Source: Acidiferrobacterales bacterium | GTDB lineage: Bacteria; Pseudomonadota; Gammaproteobacteria; Acidiferrobacterales; SPGG2 | Assembly: GCA_964194625.1 (NCBI GenBank) | Contig: CAXMNC010000230.1 | Location: forward strand, 3,142-67,141 | Direction of reading: 5' to 3' | DNA: 64,000 nt | Part shown: positions 9,176 to 19,312 of the stretch, piece after piece | Layout of the letters: each line of letters starts with the position of its first letter | Numbering within the stretch: position 1 is the first letter of the stretch | Position numbers and translations under genes: made by a program | The notes under the pieces: generated by a model | The model's database searches: none | Told to the model about the DNA's origin: nothing | What the model saw: only the letters and a program-made list of their open reading frames with translations

Positions 9176-11530
9176 ATGGAATGCGGTGCAGGACATGATG
9201 CTAGCGCAAGAAAAGCGATGAACGACGAGTCGTCGGGTTGGAGGCAAACTTCTATGGGGGGCGGGTTGCAGTGTCAACCGTTGGTGTCAGCGATTGCGCC
9301 GCATGAGTTAGGGGTTGCAACACTAACACCGGTTGGAGATTTCGAGGCTGGTGCCTACCAAACCTTTACCCTTATATACACCGCGGGTAAGTATGGCATC
9401 GATGACTCGGGGTCACTTCGGGTATGTTTTCGTTTCGCGTCTGACCAAAGCCGCCCCCAATTCGAGGATCCTGCTCGCGTCGGATACACGACGATTAGTG
9501 CTTCCAATGATGCAGTTTTGCAGTATCGCTATGATCCCAAAGGCAATGTGCGGCCTTGGGATCGAACGCTCTATATCAAGGTCGTCCATGGCTTTTTGCG
9601 CGACGGCGATACCATAACGATACGATTCGGTGACACCTCCAAGGGATCGCCGGGCATGCGCCTGCAGACCTTTTGTGAAGACACCTTCCAGTTCCATGTA
9701 CTTGTGGATCCCATCGCCACCTATAGCTATCAACCCTTGCCCGTGCAGTCGTCGATCCGGATCGTGGCGGGTGCGCCCAAATGTTGGGTGGCGGTATTAC
9801 CCACGCTGCGTCGTGTGGGTGACGCCTTTGCACTTAAGCTCAAGGTCGAAGACAAGTGGGGCAATCCTTCAGACAAGGTCGATACCGAGATCTATCTCGC
9901 GTCAAACCTTGCGTTGCAGGGTCTACCGGAACTGGTTCGCTTTAGGCCGGGTGAATTCGCCCATGTTGTCGACGACATCACAAGCCAAGAACCCGGCGAT
10001 CTCGTTATTACCGTCAAGCGTAAAAATGGCGATCTTCTAGCAGAAAGCAACCCGTTGCGACTCGTGGGCGCTGCGGATTTGCTGCCATATTGGGCCGATT
10101 TGCACGGCCAATCAGAAGAGACCATCGGTACCAATAGTGCCCGCCAATATTTCGAATTCGCGCACGATAAAGCCTTCGTAGACGCCACGGGTCACCAAGG
10201 TAACGACTTCCAAATAACGAATGAGTTTTGGGCCGAACTCGACCGGCTTAGCGCCGAGTTTAACGAGCCTGGCCGATTTGTGACCTTGCCCGGCTACGAG
10301 TGGTCCGGCAATACCGGCCTTGGCGGCGATCGTAATGTTTACTTCACCCAAGAAGGACGACAAATCAGGCGCTCTTCGCATGCGTTGGTCCCTGATCGTA
10401 GCGATCTGCACACGGATGCAAATACTGCTGGCGAACTGTTTCAGGCATTCGCACGAACCGACGAAGACGTGGTGTGTTTTGCGCATTGTGGCGGTCGCTA
10501 TGCCGACGTGAAGCTCGCCCACGACGGTCTCTTTGAGCACTCCATGGAAGTGCACTCGTCTTGGGGTACGTTCGAATGGTTGGTGCAGGACGCATTTGAG
10601 ATGGGCTATCGGGTCGGTATTGTCGCCAATTCTGATGGTCACAAGGGTCGGCCCGGCAGTAGCTATCCCGGCGCCTCGCTTTTCGGTGCCATTGGCGGAC
10701 TCACGTGTTTACTCATGCCGGCGTTAACTCGAGATGAATTGGTGCAGTGCCTGCGTCGCCGTCGCCACTATGCAACGACGGGTGGGCGCATGGTCATCGA
10801 TGTCACAGCGGAATTTCCTCAGGGTGGCACGCGCTATCATGACGATCCTGCGCTAGTAGACTCAAAAGGCGAGCCGGCAACTACAGCTATGATGGGCGAC
10901 ATCGTGCAATTGTCGCGCGGCGATGTCACCCTGAAGGTAGACATACTCGCATCGGCACCGATTGAACGCTTGGAAATCTTCAACGGGCTTGAATCGCTCG
11001 AAACGGTGCGAGCTCATACGCCAGCCGAACTGGGCAACCGGATCCGCGTGGTGTGGGAAGGCGCCGAGTACCGTGGTCGTTTCCGGCAGGTGATCTGGGA
11101 CGGGGAGGCGACGGTGTCAGATAATCGTATCCTCGATGCGCGTCCGATTAACTTTCTCAACCGGGAAAAAACCCTCGAAATTGTCGGTGACAACGGGCTC
11201 GCCTGGCGCGCCCTGACCACCGGGAATATCGGCGGCTTTGATGTATGGCTCGATGATCCTTACGGCGGCACGCTTAAGCTCGAAACCCCAGTTATTAAAT
11301 GCGGCATACCGTTAGAGGATATTGGGTTCGATGATGAGGTTATCGATAATTCAGGTGTGTTGCCGCGATTTGTCCGTATTTTTCGTCTACCGACAGACAA
11401 TCCCCATCGTACCCTGCGAATTCAGCGTACCATCAACATAGTGCCCGATCGCGACAATCCGATCTTTATCAAGCTCACACAGGAAGATGGCCATATCGCT
11501 TGGACCAGCCCGATCTACTTTTTTCGCTGA
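9176..11530 (+). CDS. large conserved hypothetical protein, possible metal-dependent hydrolase (PHP/DUF3604-like guess)
   Basis: 784-aa ORF with strong coding appearance. The central block YWADLHGQSEETIG ... GYEWSGN ... NSDGHKG suggests a metallohydrolase core. The family call is uncertain and the start is not resolved. Confidence 0.6.
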   Translation: MECGAGHDASARKAMNDESSGWRQTSMGGGLQCQPLVSAIAPHELGVATLTPVGDFEAGAYQTFTLIYTAGKYGIDDSGSLRVCFRFASDQSRPQFEDPARVGYTTISASNDAVLQYRYDPKGNVRPWDRTLYIKVVHGFLRDGDTITIRFGDTSKGSPGMRLQTFCEDTFQFHVLVDPIATYSYQPLPVQSSIRIVAGAPKCWVAVLPTLRRVGDAFALKLKVEDKWGNPSDKVDTEIYLASNLALQGLPELVRFRPGEFAHVVDDITSQEPGDLVITVKRKNGDLLAESNPLRLVGAADLLPYWADLHGQSEETIGTNSARQYFEFAHDKAFVDATGHQGNDFQITNEFWAELDRLSAEFNEPGRFVTLPGYEWSGNTGLGGDRNVYFTQEGRQIRRSSHALVPDRSDLHTDANTAGELFQAFARTDEDVVCFAHCGGRYADVKLAHDGLFEHSMEVHSSWGTFEWLVQDAFEMGYRVGIVANSDGHKGRPGSSYPGASLFGAIGGLTCLLMPALTRDELVQCLRRRRHYATTGGRMVIDVTAEFPQGGTRYHDDPALVDSKGEPATTAMMGDIVQLSRGDVTLKVDILASAPIERLEIFNGLESLETVRAHTPAELGNRIRVVWEGAEYRGRFRQVIWDGEATVSDNRILDARPINFLNREKTLEIVGDNGLAWRALTTGNIGGFDVWLDDPYGGTLKLETPVIKCGIPLEDIGFDDEVIDNSGVLPRFVRIFRLPTDNPHRTLRIQRTINIVPDRDNPIFIKLTQEDGHIAWTSPIYFFR

Positions 11531-11666
11531 ACTCCCCAGCCTGCTATTTGTCTACCTGAATCAACGAGTTACGTCACCGTTAGTATCGAATCTTCCCAAA
11601 CGCGTTTGCCGATGGTTTACTGTCCATTGACAAGGCCAGAAAGAATGCTGAATGCAAGGAGGGGCC

Positions 11667-11957
11667 ATGCACGTGCGTTTGGTGACACTCAAACTCAAGC
11701 CGGGGAGCATGTCGACGGCAGCGAAGCTGGCTGATCATGCGGCTTCGGAAATAAGACGTCTGAAGGGGTTCAAAAACGTAACGTTCTTTGGCAACAGCGA
11801 GACCGGCGAATACGGCAGCTTGAGTCTTTGGGAAACGGAGGAAGACGCCGAGGCCGTAAGCAAAGCGACTGGGCTTCAGATCCGTGACGTTGTTGGCGAT
11901 CTTCTCACAGAACGACCAACGGTTCGTATCTGCGAAGTCTACGGACCTAAAGAGTGA
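11667..11957 (+). CDS. antibiotic-biosynthesis-monooxygenase (ABM)-like small protein
   Basis: AGGAGG sits 5 nt upstream of ATG 11667. The 96-aa ferredoxin-like pattern MHVRLVTLKLKPG ... GSLSLWETEEDAEA is present. Confidence 0.65.
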   Translation: MHVRLVTLKLKPGSMSTAAKLADHAASEIRRLKGFKNVTFFGNSETGEYGSLSLWETEEDAEAVSKATGLQIRDVVGDLLTERPTVRICEVYGPKE

Positions 11958-11986
11958 GCCGGAGCAGCAAGTGCGAGCGGCAGTGA

Positions 11987-14248
11987 CTACTTGATATTCC
12001 GGCGCCCAATCCCTTGCGGTTTGCGCCGCTTGAGTCGCTGCGACGCCTTCAAGCGTTCATCGGCAAGCTGAACCAACGTTTCCTGACTACCCTTACTGTT
12101 CTCTTCGCTCGGTCGCCGTTGCACATAGGTGCCATCCGAGCGCATATCCCATGCATTGCGATGGTCAGCGAGGTGAGTGTCGAGAATCTTTCGCAGTTCC
12201 GCCCGCAAGTCCGCATCTTCCACCGGTGCTAACACTTCCACGCGGTGCTCTAAATTGCGCATCATGATGTCGGCCGAGCCAATATAAAATTCTTCGTCAC
12301 CCCCATTTCGGAAATAGTAGATGCGACTATGTTCAAGAAACCGACCAATGATACTGATAACGTGCACGTTGTCAGACAGGCTGGGGATACCCGGTCGCAA
12401 CCGGCAGGAATCGCGCACAATGAGATCCACTCGTACACCAGCCTGTGAAGCCCGGTAGAGCGCTTTGGTAATGTCAACGTCTTCCAAGGCATTCATCTTG
12501 AATTGGATTAAGCCAGGCGATTTCTCTGAGTGCGAATCGATCTCACGTTTAATTTTCTTTAGTAACGATCGCTTCAACATCTTCGGCGCCGGCAAAATCT
12601 TGCGGTAGTCACGTTTGGGTGTATAGCCTGTGGTGAGATAATTGAAGAGTTCGGTCAGGTCTCGCCCAATCGTCTCATCGCAGGTCAGCAATCCAAGATC
12701 GGTATACAGTCTAGCGGTGCCGGCATGATAGTTGCCCGTACCAACATGGGCGTATAAGCGAAGCCCATTGTAATCGTTGCGAACGACGAGAATGGCCTTG
12801 CAGTGTGTCTTTAGGCCGACCACGCCGTAAGTGACATGGATACCCGCTTCCTCCATGCGACTTGCCCACCGAATGTTGGCTGCCTCATCGAATCTTGCCT
12901 TTAGCTCTACTGCGACCGCAACTTGCTTACCGTTTCTCGCAGCATCGATAAGGTAATCGATTACCTTGGTGTCGGCGGACGTACGGTAGAGGGCCATCTT
13001 GATTGCTCTCACCTTAGGATCTCGACTTGCTTCTTTTAAGAAACGTTCAACCGACGTAGAAAATGACTCATAAGGATGTTGTAGCAAGATCGAACCGACC
13101 TCGCGAATGATGTAAAAGATACTTCGCGAATCAACTAACTTTGGGTGATCGAGCGGCCGGTGTGGGGGGTCGTGAAGCAATGGCCCGTCAAGCGCGCTCA
13201 ACTCAAACAGGTCTCGCATCGCCATCATACCTTCGGTTTCGAACACATCGGCCGCTTTGTCTAAGCCCAGCTCTGCCGCCAGCATGCCGCGACGGTCTGA
13301 GTCCATATCCTTTTGCACAACTACGCGAACAATCCTTGCAAACTTTCGGCCGCGCACTTCGGATTCGATCATTGCTAATAGATCTTCCGCCCGATCTTCG
13401 TCGCGCGATGTGCTGGCATTTCGGGTTACATGGAATACTTCGCAGGCCTCGATCTGCATTTTGGGAAACAATAAATCGAGATTATGAGACATGACCTGTT
13501 CTAACGGGACCAACCGCTTGGAATCACTGACTCGCAGGAAACGCGGAATACCTGAACCTACCGGCACTTTAACGCGCGCGCGGTGCCGCTCTTCGTCATT
13601 ATGGTAGTGCAAGGTGACCAACAGATTGAGCGAGAGATTGGAAATAAACGGGAATGGATGAGCTGGATCCACCGCTTGTGGCGTTACCAGCGGAAAAATG
13701 TTCTTTAAGTAAATATTACGCAACTCCTCTTGCTCGTCTTTCTTGAGCGTGTCGTAGGCGACCACATGGATTCCGTGTTCCCGAAGCGCTTTCAGTAGTT
13801 TTGGGAGCAGCGCATCCTTTTGTGCCTCTATTTCGCGCACGACGGCGCAGCATTCCTCAATCTGTTGCTGCGGGGTGCGGCCATCCACGGTTAGATCGCG
13901 CAACCCAGCGCCGACTTGCTGTTTAAGACCACCGATGCGTTTCATGAAAAACTCATCAAGATTAGAACTTACGATGGCCATGAACTTCATGCGTTCGAGC
14001 AGTGGCGTACGGTTGTCTTGAGCCTCGTTTAATACGCGGCGATTGAATTCCAACCACGTCAACTCGCGATTCAAATAGAGGGCCGGAGAGGTGAAGTCGA
14101 TTTTCTCCTTGGCCTTCTTTTCGGGCCGCACCTTATCTGTTATGCGCTTGCTGGTGTCAGCCTTGCTATCTTTACCAGGTTTCTGAACCGTGGTAGGTGG
14201 TCTTGCATCTGCTACCGACGTCAGCGTAGCCGGTACTTTAGTCGTCAT
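11987..14248 (-). CDS. ppk1: polyphosphate kinase 1
   Basis: YLNRELTWLEFNRRVLNEA N-terminal signature, PPK1 length, and two C-terminal PLD-like domains. It carries a basic N-terminal extension. Confidence 0.95.
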   Translation of the reverse strand: MTTKVPATLTSVADARPPTTVQKPGKDSKADTSKRITDKVRPEKKAKEKIDFTSPALYLNRELTWLEFNRRVLNEAQDNRTPLLERMKFMAIVSSNLDEFFMKRIGGLKQQVGAGLRDLTVDGRTPQQQIEECCAVVREIEAQKDALLPKLLKALREHGIHVVAYDTLKKDEQEELRNIYLKNIFPLVTPQAVDPAHPFPFISNLSLNLLVTLHYHNDEERHRARVKVPVGSGIPRFLRVSDSKRLVPLEQVMSHNLDLLFPKMQIEACEVFHVTRNASTSRDEDRAEDLLAMIESEVRGRKFARIVRVVVQKDMDSDRRGMLAAELGLDKAADVFETEGMMAMRDLFELSALDGPLLHDPPHRPLDHPKLVDSRSIFYIIREVGSILLQHPYESFSTSVERFLKEASRDPKVRAIKMALYRTSADTKVIDYLIDAARNGKQVAVAVELKARFDEAANIRWASRMEEAGIHVTYGVVGLKTHCKAILVVRNDYNGLRLYAHVGTGNYHAGTARLYTDLGLLTCDETIGRDLTELFNYLTTGYTPKRDYRKILPAPKMLKRSLLKKIKREIDSHSEKSPGLIQFKMNALEDVDITKALYRASQAGVRVDLIVRDSCRLRPGIPSLSDNVHVISIIGRFLEHSRIYYFRNGGDEEFYIGSADIMMRNLEHRVEVLAPVEDADLRAELRKILDTHLADHRNAWDMRSDGTYVQRRPSEENSKGSQETLVQLADERLKASQRLKRRKPQGIGRRNIK

Positions 14249-14314
14249 GAATTTGTGTCCTCAACATTCGCGAGTTGGCCCGATATGGACATTGAACCTG
14301 GTTGCGTGCCCCAA

Positions 14315-15235
14315 TCAGTGAACTTCGGGCACGAAGTTTTGATCCGTGAGCGGCGGCCGTACGTAGCCCTGTGCTTCTTGACGTGGCGGCAACTCGATCG
14401 CCGGCGGTGTCAGGTCTTGGTAGGGGATCAGGCTCAGCAAGTGCTTGATACAATTTAGGCGCGCGTGCTTCTTCACATCCGCGTTTACGACACTCCAAGG
14501 CGCTTGCTTGATATCGGTGTGGGCAAACATGGTGTCTTTGGCTTTGGAGTATTCCACCCAGCGCTTGCGCGACTGCAGATCCATGGGGCTTAACTTCCAG
14601 CGGCGGGTCGGATCTTTGATGCGATTCTGGAAACGCCGCTCCTGCTCTTCGTCGCTGACCGAAAACCAATACTTAATCAGTTGAATACCGGAACGCACCA
14701 GCATACGCTCGAATTCCGGGCAACTACGCATGAATTCCTGATATTCGTCGTCGGTGCAGAATCCCATCACCCGTTCGACGTTGGCGCGGTTGTACCAACT
14801 GCGGTCAAGCAACACCATCTCGCCGGCGGCGGGGAGATGCGCAACATAACGTTGGAAGTACCACTGGGTCTTCTCGCGCTCGGTGGGCGCGGGTAGTGCT
14901 ACGACCCGGCAGATGCGAGGGCTCAGGCTTTGGCTAATACGCTTGATGACACCACCCTTACCGGCAGCATCCCGTCCTTCGAAGATGACAACAACACGCA
15001 GACCCTCATGTTTGATCCATTCTTGCAGTTTGACGAGCTCGATCTGTAGCTTGGCGAGCTCTTTCTCGTAGTCTTTGTTTTTTATCTTCTTGGATTTTTC
15101 CTTCTTGCCAGTGGCTTTGGCCGCTTCTTCCGCAAACCATTTTTTGGCTTTACTGACCTTAGGCTGCTTGTTGTCCTTGTTCTTCTTCTTTTCGTGGGCG
15201 TCTTTCGTGTCTGAGCGCTTGTTTCCCATTCTCAA
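14315..15235 (-). CDS. ppk2: polyphosphate kinase 2
   Basis: Block LQIELVKLQEWIKHEGLRVVVIFEGRDAAGKGGVIKRI (Walker A-like) is typical of PPK2. It has a Lys-rich N-terminal extension. Confidence 0.92.
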   Translation of the reverse strand: MRMGNKRSDTKDAHEKKKNKDNKQPKVSKAKKWFAEEAAKATGKKEKSKKIKNKDYEKELAKLQIELVKLQEWIKHEGLRVVVIFEGRDAAGKGGVIKRISQSLSPRICRVVALPAPTEREKTQWYFQRYVAHLPAAGEMVLLDRSWYNRANVERVMGFCTDDEYQEFMRSCPEFERMLVRSGIQLIKYWFSVSDEEQERRFQNRIKDPTRRWKLSPMDLQSRKRWVEYSKAKDTMFAHTDIKQAPWSVVNADVKKHARLNCIKHLLSLIPYQDLTPPAIELPPRQEAQGYVRPPLTDQNFVPEVH

Positions 15236-15437
15236 CCCTCGTTATTTGGTATGGTTTCAAACCCATGGTAACGAGGGCTCGTGGCTCTGGCAAATGCTGC
15301 GATTACCATGCCACGATCCAAGGATGCGATAACAGGCTGATTTTATGTGTAAACGCTTGAGGCGACCTCGAATTCGAACTGGTGACAGCTATTATTTCTA
15401 AGGGCCCCATGATTTATCGATGGCCCTTGGGGGCACG

Positions 15438-15956
15438 ATGTCACGTGAATTGATGCTTTTGCGACACGGTAAGTCGGACTGGAAGGCGGGAGCGACCACT
15501 GATTTCGAACGTCCGCTCGCACCACGGGGTCGTAAGGCGGTAAAGCGCATGGGCCAGTGGCTGCGAGGGCAGGATTTGATCCCCGATTACATTATTAGTT
15601 CGCCGGCCGAGCGTGCCCGCCATACAACCCGGCGCCTGTGCGGGTTTGCAAAAATCCCCGATTTTGGAATTGCCTGGGAGCCCGACATCTATGAGGCGAA
15701 TCTTGATGCGCTGCTAGAAGTCATCACTCATTGCTCGCGCGACTGGAGTCGGGTATTGCTAGTTGGCCATAACCCGGGATTGGAATATCTTGTACGATAT
15801 CTGGCCGACGAGTCGATCGAGAATTGGGATGCCGACAACTTGATGCCCACCACCGCGCTCGTACAGCTCGAAATGCCCGATGACTGGACGCAACTTGCCC
15901 CAGGTTCAGCTAGAATAATTGCCATTACCCGCGCGCGGGAGTTACCTGATATATAA
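15438..15956 (+). CDS. histidine phosphatase family protein (SixA-like)
   Basis: LMLLRHGKSDW (RHG motif) and VGHNPGLE; about 172 aa from ATG 15438. Confidence 0.8.
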   Translation: MSRELMLLRHGKSDWKAGATTDFERPLAPRGRKAVKRMGQWLRGQDLIPDYIISSPAERARHTTRRLCGFAKIPDFGIAWEPDIYEANLDALLEVITHCSRDWSRVLLVGHNPGLEYLVRYLADESIENWDADNLMPTTALVQLEMPDDWTQLAPGSARIIAITRARELPDI

Positions 15957-16216
15957 AGTGTTGCCTTCGGCGACGATGTACTAACGGGGCGCCGGCCCGG
16001 CAACTGCTCCCGGCGTTGCTCTACCTTCCGACATCCCTGTCGGTCGCCCGTACGCGCGGGTGCTTTTGTTGTGGCCGATGGGCAGGGACGCACAAGTGTC
16101 GCGAGCGCAGGATGCGCAGGAGCGACAAAAGTCACCAAAACCATTTTGCCCCGCGGTCTTCGGCCCATCATTCTAATTCGTGTTGGGCAACCTCGGACTG
16201 GCGCTTGCCTCAGTGG

Positions 16217-16253
16217 GTCCGCCGACGGCACGTCGTTGGTGCCGACGGCGGAC
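16217..16253. other. imperfect inverted repeat (15-nt arms, 7-nt loop) in a long convergent intergenic region
   Basis: GTCCGCCGACGGCAC gtcgttg GTGCCGACGGCGGAC has one mismatch and no following T-run. Confidence 0.4.
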
Positions 16254-16370
16254 GCATGGTCTCCCTCCCATGCCCCCTACGGGGCCGCGCGTCGGCTGCC
16301 CTTGTCCTCGGCTTGACCGTAGGGGCGACGACATAAGAACAACCCTACTAATGCTTTGGCGGTTATCTCC

Positions 16371-17324
16371 TTAGTCGCTAGTTCGCAAGGACAGGGGTAG
16401 TGTGGTTTTTAACCAATCGGCGTAACGCTTGATGCCTTCTTCGAGCCCGACTTTTGGTTCGTAATCTAATTCTGCTGCAGCCCTGCCTATATCTAGTGCC
16501 TCGCTACGACGCATGAGTTCGCCGGGACCGACATGTACGGGGACTGATGAATATGTGTACTTCTTCGCTAGTTCTACGACTTCACCGACGCTGTGTGCTT
16601 GGCCGGTCGCGATATTGAACACTTTGTGCCTCAAGTTCTCGGCATTGAAGAGTAGTGCGATCCCACGGGCCGCATCCTCCACATAGGTAAAGTCTAGCTT
16701 TTGGTCGGCGCCTTTATCCATGTTGAGTCCTTCCAATCCTTCTAGGGCACCAAAAGCGATTTTGTAAAGCTTGATGAACCGAGAGGGAAGCTTTCCCGGG
16801 CCGTAGACAAAATAAAGTCGGGCCACTCTGAAATCCATGCCAAACGTTTGCGCATATTGAATGCCAATATGCTCGGCTGATGTTTTGGTCGATGCGTAGA
16901 GATCGGTTGGGTATAACGGCAAGGATTCTGTGGGCAGGCCATCAACCACGCCGTATACTGCACCGGTACTCGTGTAAAGGACCTTTTCGATTTCAAACAC
17001 CCTCGCGAGTTCGAGCACATTCACAAGCCCCATAACGTTGAGGCTGATGTTTTGACGGGGGTCAATTTCCACGAACTCACCCATGGTGGCCACTGTATGG
17101 ACAACGCCATCGATATTAGTGTGGTGGTGCTCGAACACTTCTCTGAGTGCGGCGAAGTTCAGAACATCGCCCTTAATGAAGGTAATTCTGTTTGCGACCT
17201 CGATAAGGCAGTCGGGGGCATCATCGTTAGTATCGTAGACGATGATGTCTTGACCCTGTCGGGCGAGTAGCAAGGCCGTCCAGGACCCGATATGTCCGTA
17301 ACCCCCGGTAATAAAAATGGCCAT
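16371..17324 (-). CDS. NAD-dependent epimerase/dehydratase family protein
   Basis: N-terminal ITGGYGHIGSW Rossmann motif and YASTKTSAE (YxxxK); 317 aa. Confidence 0.85.
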   Translation of the reverse strand: MAIFITGGYGHIGSWTALLLARQGQDIIVYDTNDDAPDCLIEVANRITFIKGDVLNFAALREVFEHHHTNIDGVVHTVATMGEFVEIDPRQNISLNVMGLVNVLELARVFEIEKVLYTSTGAVYGVVDGLPTESLPLYPTDLYASTKTSAEHIGIQYAQTFGMDFRVARLYFVYGPGKLPSRFIKLYKIAFGALEGLEGLNMDKGADQKLDFTYVEDAARGIALLFNAENLRHKVFNIATGQAHSVGEVVELAKKYTYSSVPVHVGPGELMRRSEALDIGRAAAELDYEPKVGLEEGIKRYADWLKTTLPLSLRTSD

Positions 17325-17381
17325 GGTCGTATCGATATGAAAGTAGATAAGTCGGGCAGTCTATTCGTTGCGCTCATACAG

Positions 17382-18302
17382 TCAATCGCGTCCTTGGGCA
17401 TCAGCTTGCACCTCGTCGATGACTTGCCCATCGATGTGTGTTGGTGCACTGAGATTCAGCAAAGCTAACACGGTGGGTGCGGTATCGTAGACATAAATAG
17501 TCTTTTCGATGGTGATTCCTGCAGGCGTGTTGGCTCCGACCACGATCCACGGAATCGTCATATTCTCTGGCTTTCTTTCTCGGTGCGAACGTCCGTGACC
17601 ACCGTGATCGGCGGTAACCAGAACTGCGGTTTTTTCCTGGACGCCGCTGTAGGCCACGGTGGCCAGGATTCGACCGACCGCCCGATCGGCGTTTGCCGTC
17701 GCCCTTAGGTAGGCCTTACTCATCCACCCCCACCAATGCCCAGCATTGTCGGGTTCTCGCAGGTGTATAAAGGTCAACGCATACTTCTTGCTCGACCATG
17801 CCGTATCAAAGACAACAGCAATCGCGTCGGTACTGGTGTCTACTGAGACCTTGCGGTGACGCTGCGGACCATAGACAAAATCCAGATTATCCGGGTTGGC
17901 GAGGAAATCTAGTTTTTCTTTAGAAAAAAACATCGCTGTCGTCAGTCCCGCTGCCTTGGCGACGGAGAACACGGTTGGTTGGCCATAGTACCCACGACCG
18001 AAGGTTTCCCCGGTGACCTTGTGACGGCTGGAATCGAGCCCAGTGAGCATCGATACATGGGCAGCGGTGGTTATCGATGGGTGCACTGTCTGCGCGTTGC
18101 TGGCGTAGATACCTTGCTGTATGAGTCGTTGCAGATTGGGCATTCGCGTAGCGCTGATCGCATCCGGCCGTAGGCCATCGATGCTGATTATGATCACGTG
18201 TTCGACCGGCGCTCCTTGTGCTATGCCTGATAGCAACGTGGCGCCTGCGGCCGACAGAATCGCGATTAGAATCGATCCTCTTTTCAGACATGAAAACAGC
18301 AT
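17382..18302 (-). CDS. nucleotide pyrophosphatase/phosphodiesterase (alkaline phosphatase superfamily)
   Basis: Signal-like N-terminus from Met at 18302. Contains HVIIISIDGLRPD and TADHGGHG metal-site motifs. Confidence 0.85.
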   Translation of the reverse strand: MLFSCLKRGSILIAILSAAGATLLSGIAQGAPVEHVIIISIDGLRPDAISATRMPNLQRLIQQGIYASNAQTVHPSITTAAHVSMLTGLDSSRHKVTGETFGRGYYGQPTVFSVAKAAGLTTAMFFSKEKLDFLANPDNLDFVYGPQRHRKVSVDTSTDAIAVVFDTAWSSKKYALTFIHLREPDNAGHWWGWMSKAYLRATANADRAVGRILATVAYSGVQEKTAVLVTADHGGHGRSHRERKPENMTIPWIVVGANTPAGITIEKTIYVYDTAPTVLALLNLSAPTHIDGQVIDEVQADAQGRD

Positions 18303-18360
18303 GGTCCTATTGTGCCGCTTTTGCTTAATTAGGGTTATATGTATAGTCTGCACCTTGTCT

Positions 18361-19248
18361 CGTGATGTCTATCTGCCGTCCTCGGTGTTAGGTTGTTCGT
18401 CAAAGACCGCCGCTTACTTCTTGAATGCGTCGCACGGCATCAATGCCGTACATGGTCGTATGCCGGCGCTTGCTACGGGTGCCAACGCTGCCAACCGCGA
18501 TTTGTACTACGTCGGCGTGTCAGGTGACGGTGATTCCTTATCGATAGGGTTGGGACAATTTGGTCATGTTATCCGACGTAATCTGAATATGCTCTATATC
18601 ATCGAAAACAATGGCGTATACGGACTTACCAAGGGGCAGTTCTCAGCCTCGGCCGACACAGGAAGTAAGGCAAAGACGGGCGAAATCAACGCCCAGCCGC
18701 CTATAGATCCGGTGCTGATGACGCTCAGTCTGGGTGGTTCTTTTGTCGCGCGCAGCTTTTCAGGCGACAAACAGCAACTGGTACCGCTGATCAAGGCGGG
18801 CCTGATGCACCAAGGCTTTGCGCTGCTCGATGTGATATCACCGTGTGTGACGTTCAATGACCACGACGGTTCTACCAAGAGCTATGTCTACACGCGCGAG
18901 CATTACCACGAGACCATCCATACCGATTTCGTACTTGAGACCGAGGAGATCAGGGTAAAGTACGACGAAGGTGAGATCGTACCGGTCGAGCTCCATGACG
19001 GTAGTCGCATATTGCTACATAAGGTGGCGCCTGATTACGAGCCCAAGGATCGCGGCAACGCCATTTCTTACATCCAACATCATCAAGAAAAGGGTGAGAT
19101 CGTGACGGGACTGCTTTACCTTGACGAGCAAGCCGGTGATCTCCACACGACCTCCAACACCATCGACCAACCCCTAAACGAGCTTAGCTACGATAAGCTT
19201 TGTCCTGGTGCTGATGTACTCGCAGAGATATTCGAGGCGTATCGCTGA
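18361..19248 (+). pseudogene. korB: 2-oxoacid:ferredoxin oxidoreductase beta subunit (KorB-like), 5'-truncated
   Basis: KorB-like sequence starts abruptly at VLGCSSKTAAYF ... HGRMPALATG ... GDGDSLSIG ... YGLTKGQ. The N-terminal portion, which by recollection carries the Cys motif, is absent. There is no in-frame ATG at the homology boundary and no korA in the window. The listed ORF start (18121) lies antisense inside the NPP gene. Confidence 0.6.
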
Positions 19249-19312
19249 GTCCGCGTTGACGTTAGACCAGCTGGCGCCCAATCATAACAAGCGAAGTTGA
19301 GGGAGGTGACGA

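Noticed and set aside
10112-10642. 176-aa antisense ORF, and other long ORFs inside 9176-11530, 20389-20838, 21575-21982, 38231-38629 and 47334-47939
   Set aside because: All lie fully inside, and antisense or out of frame to, better-supported genes in GC-rich DNA. They are typical shadow ORFs.
15728-16336. ORFs 15728-16231(-), 16016-16336(+), 16071-16316(+) and 16180-16374(+) as genes
   Set aside because: These are mutually overlapping, low-complexity Arg/Pro/Ala-rich translations of a GC-rich spacer. They have no RBS or family resemblance, and one is antisense to the SixA-like gene.
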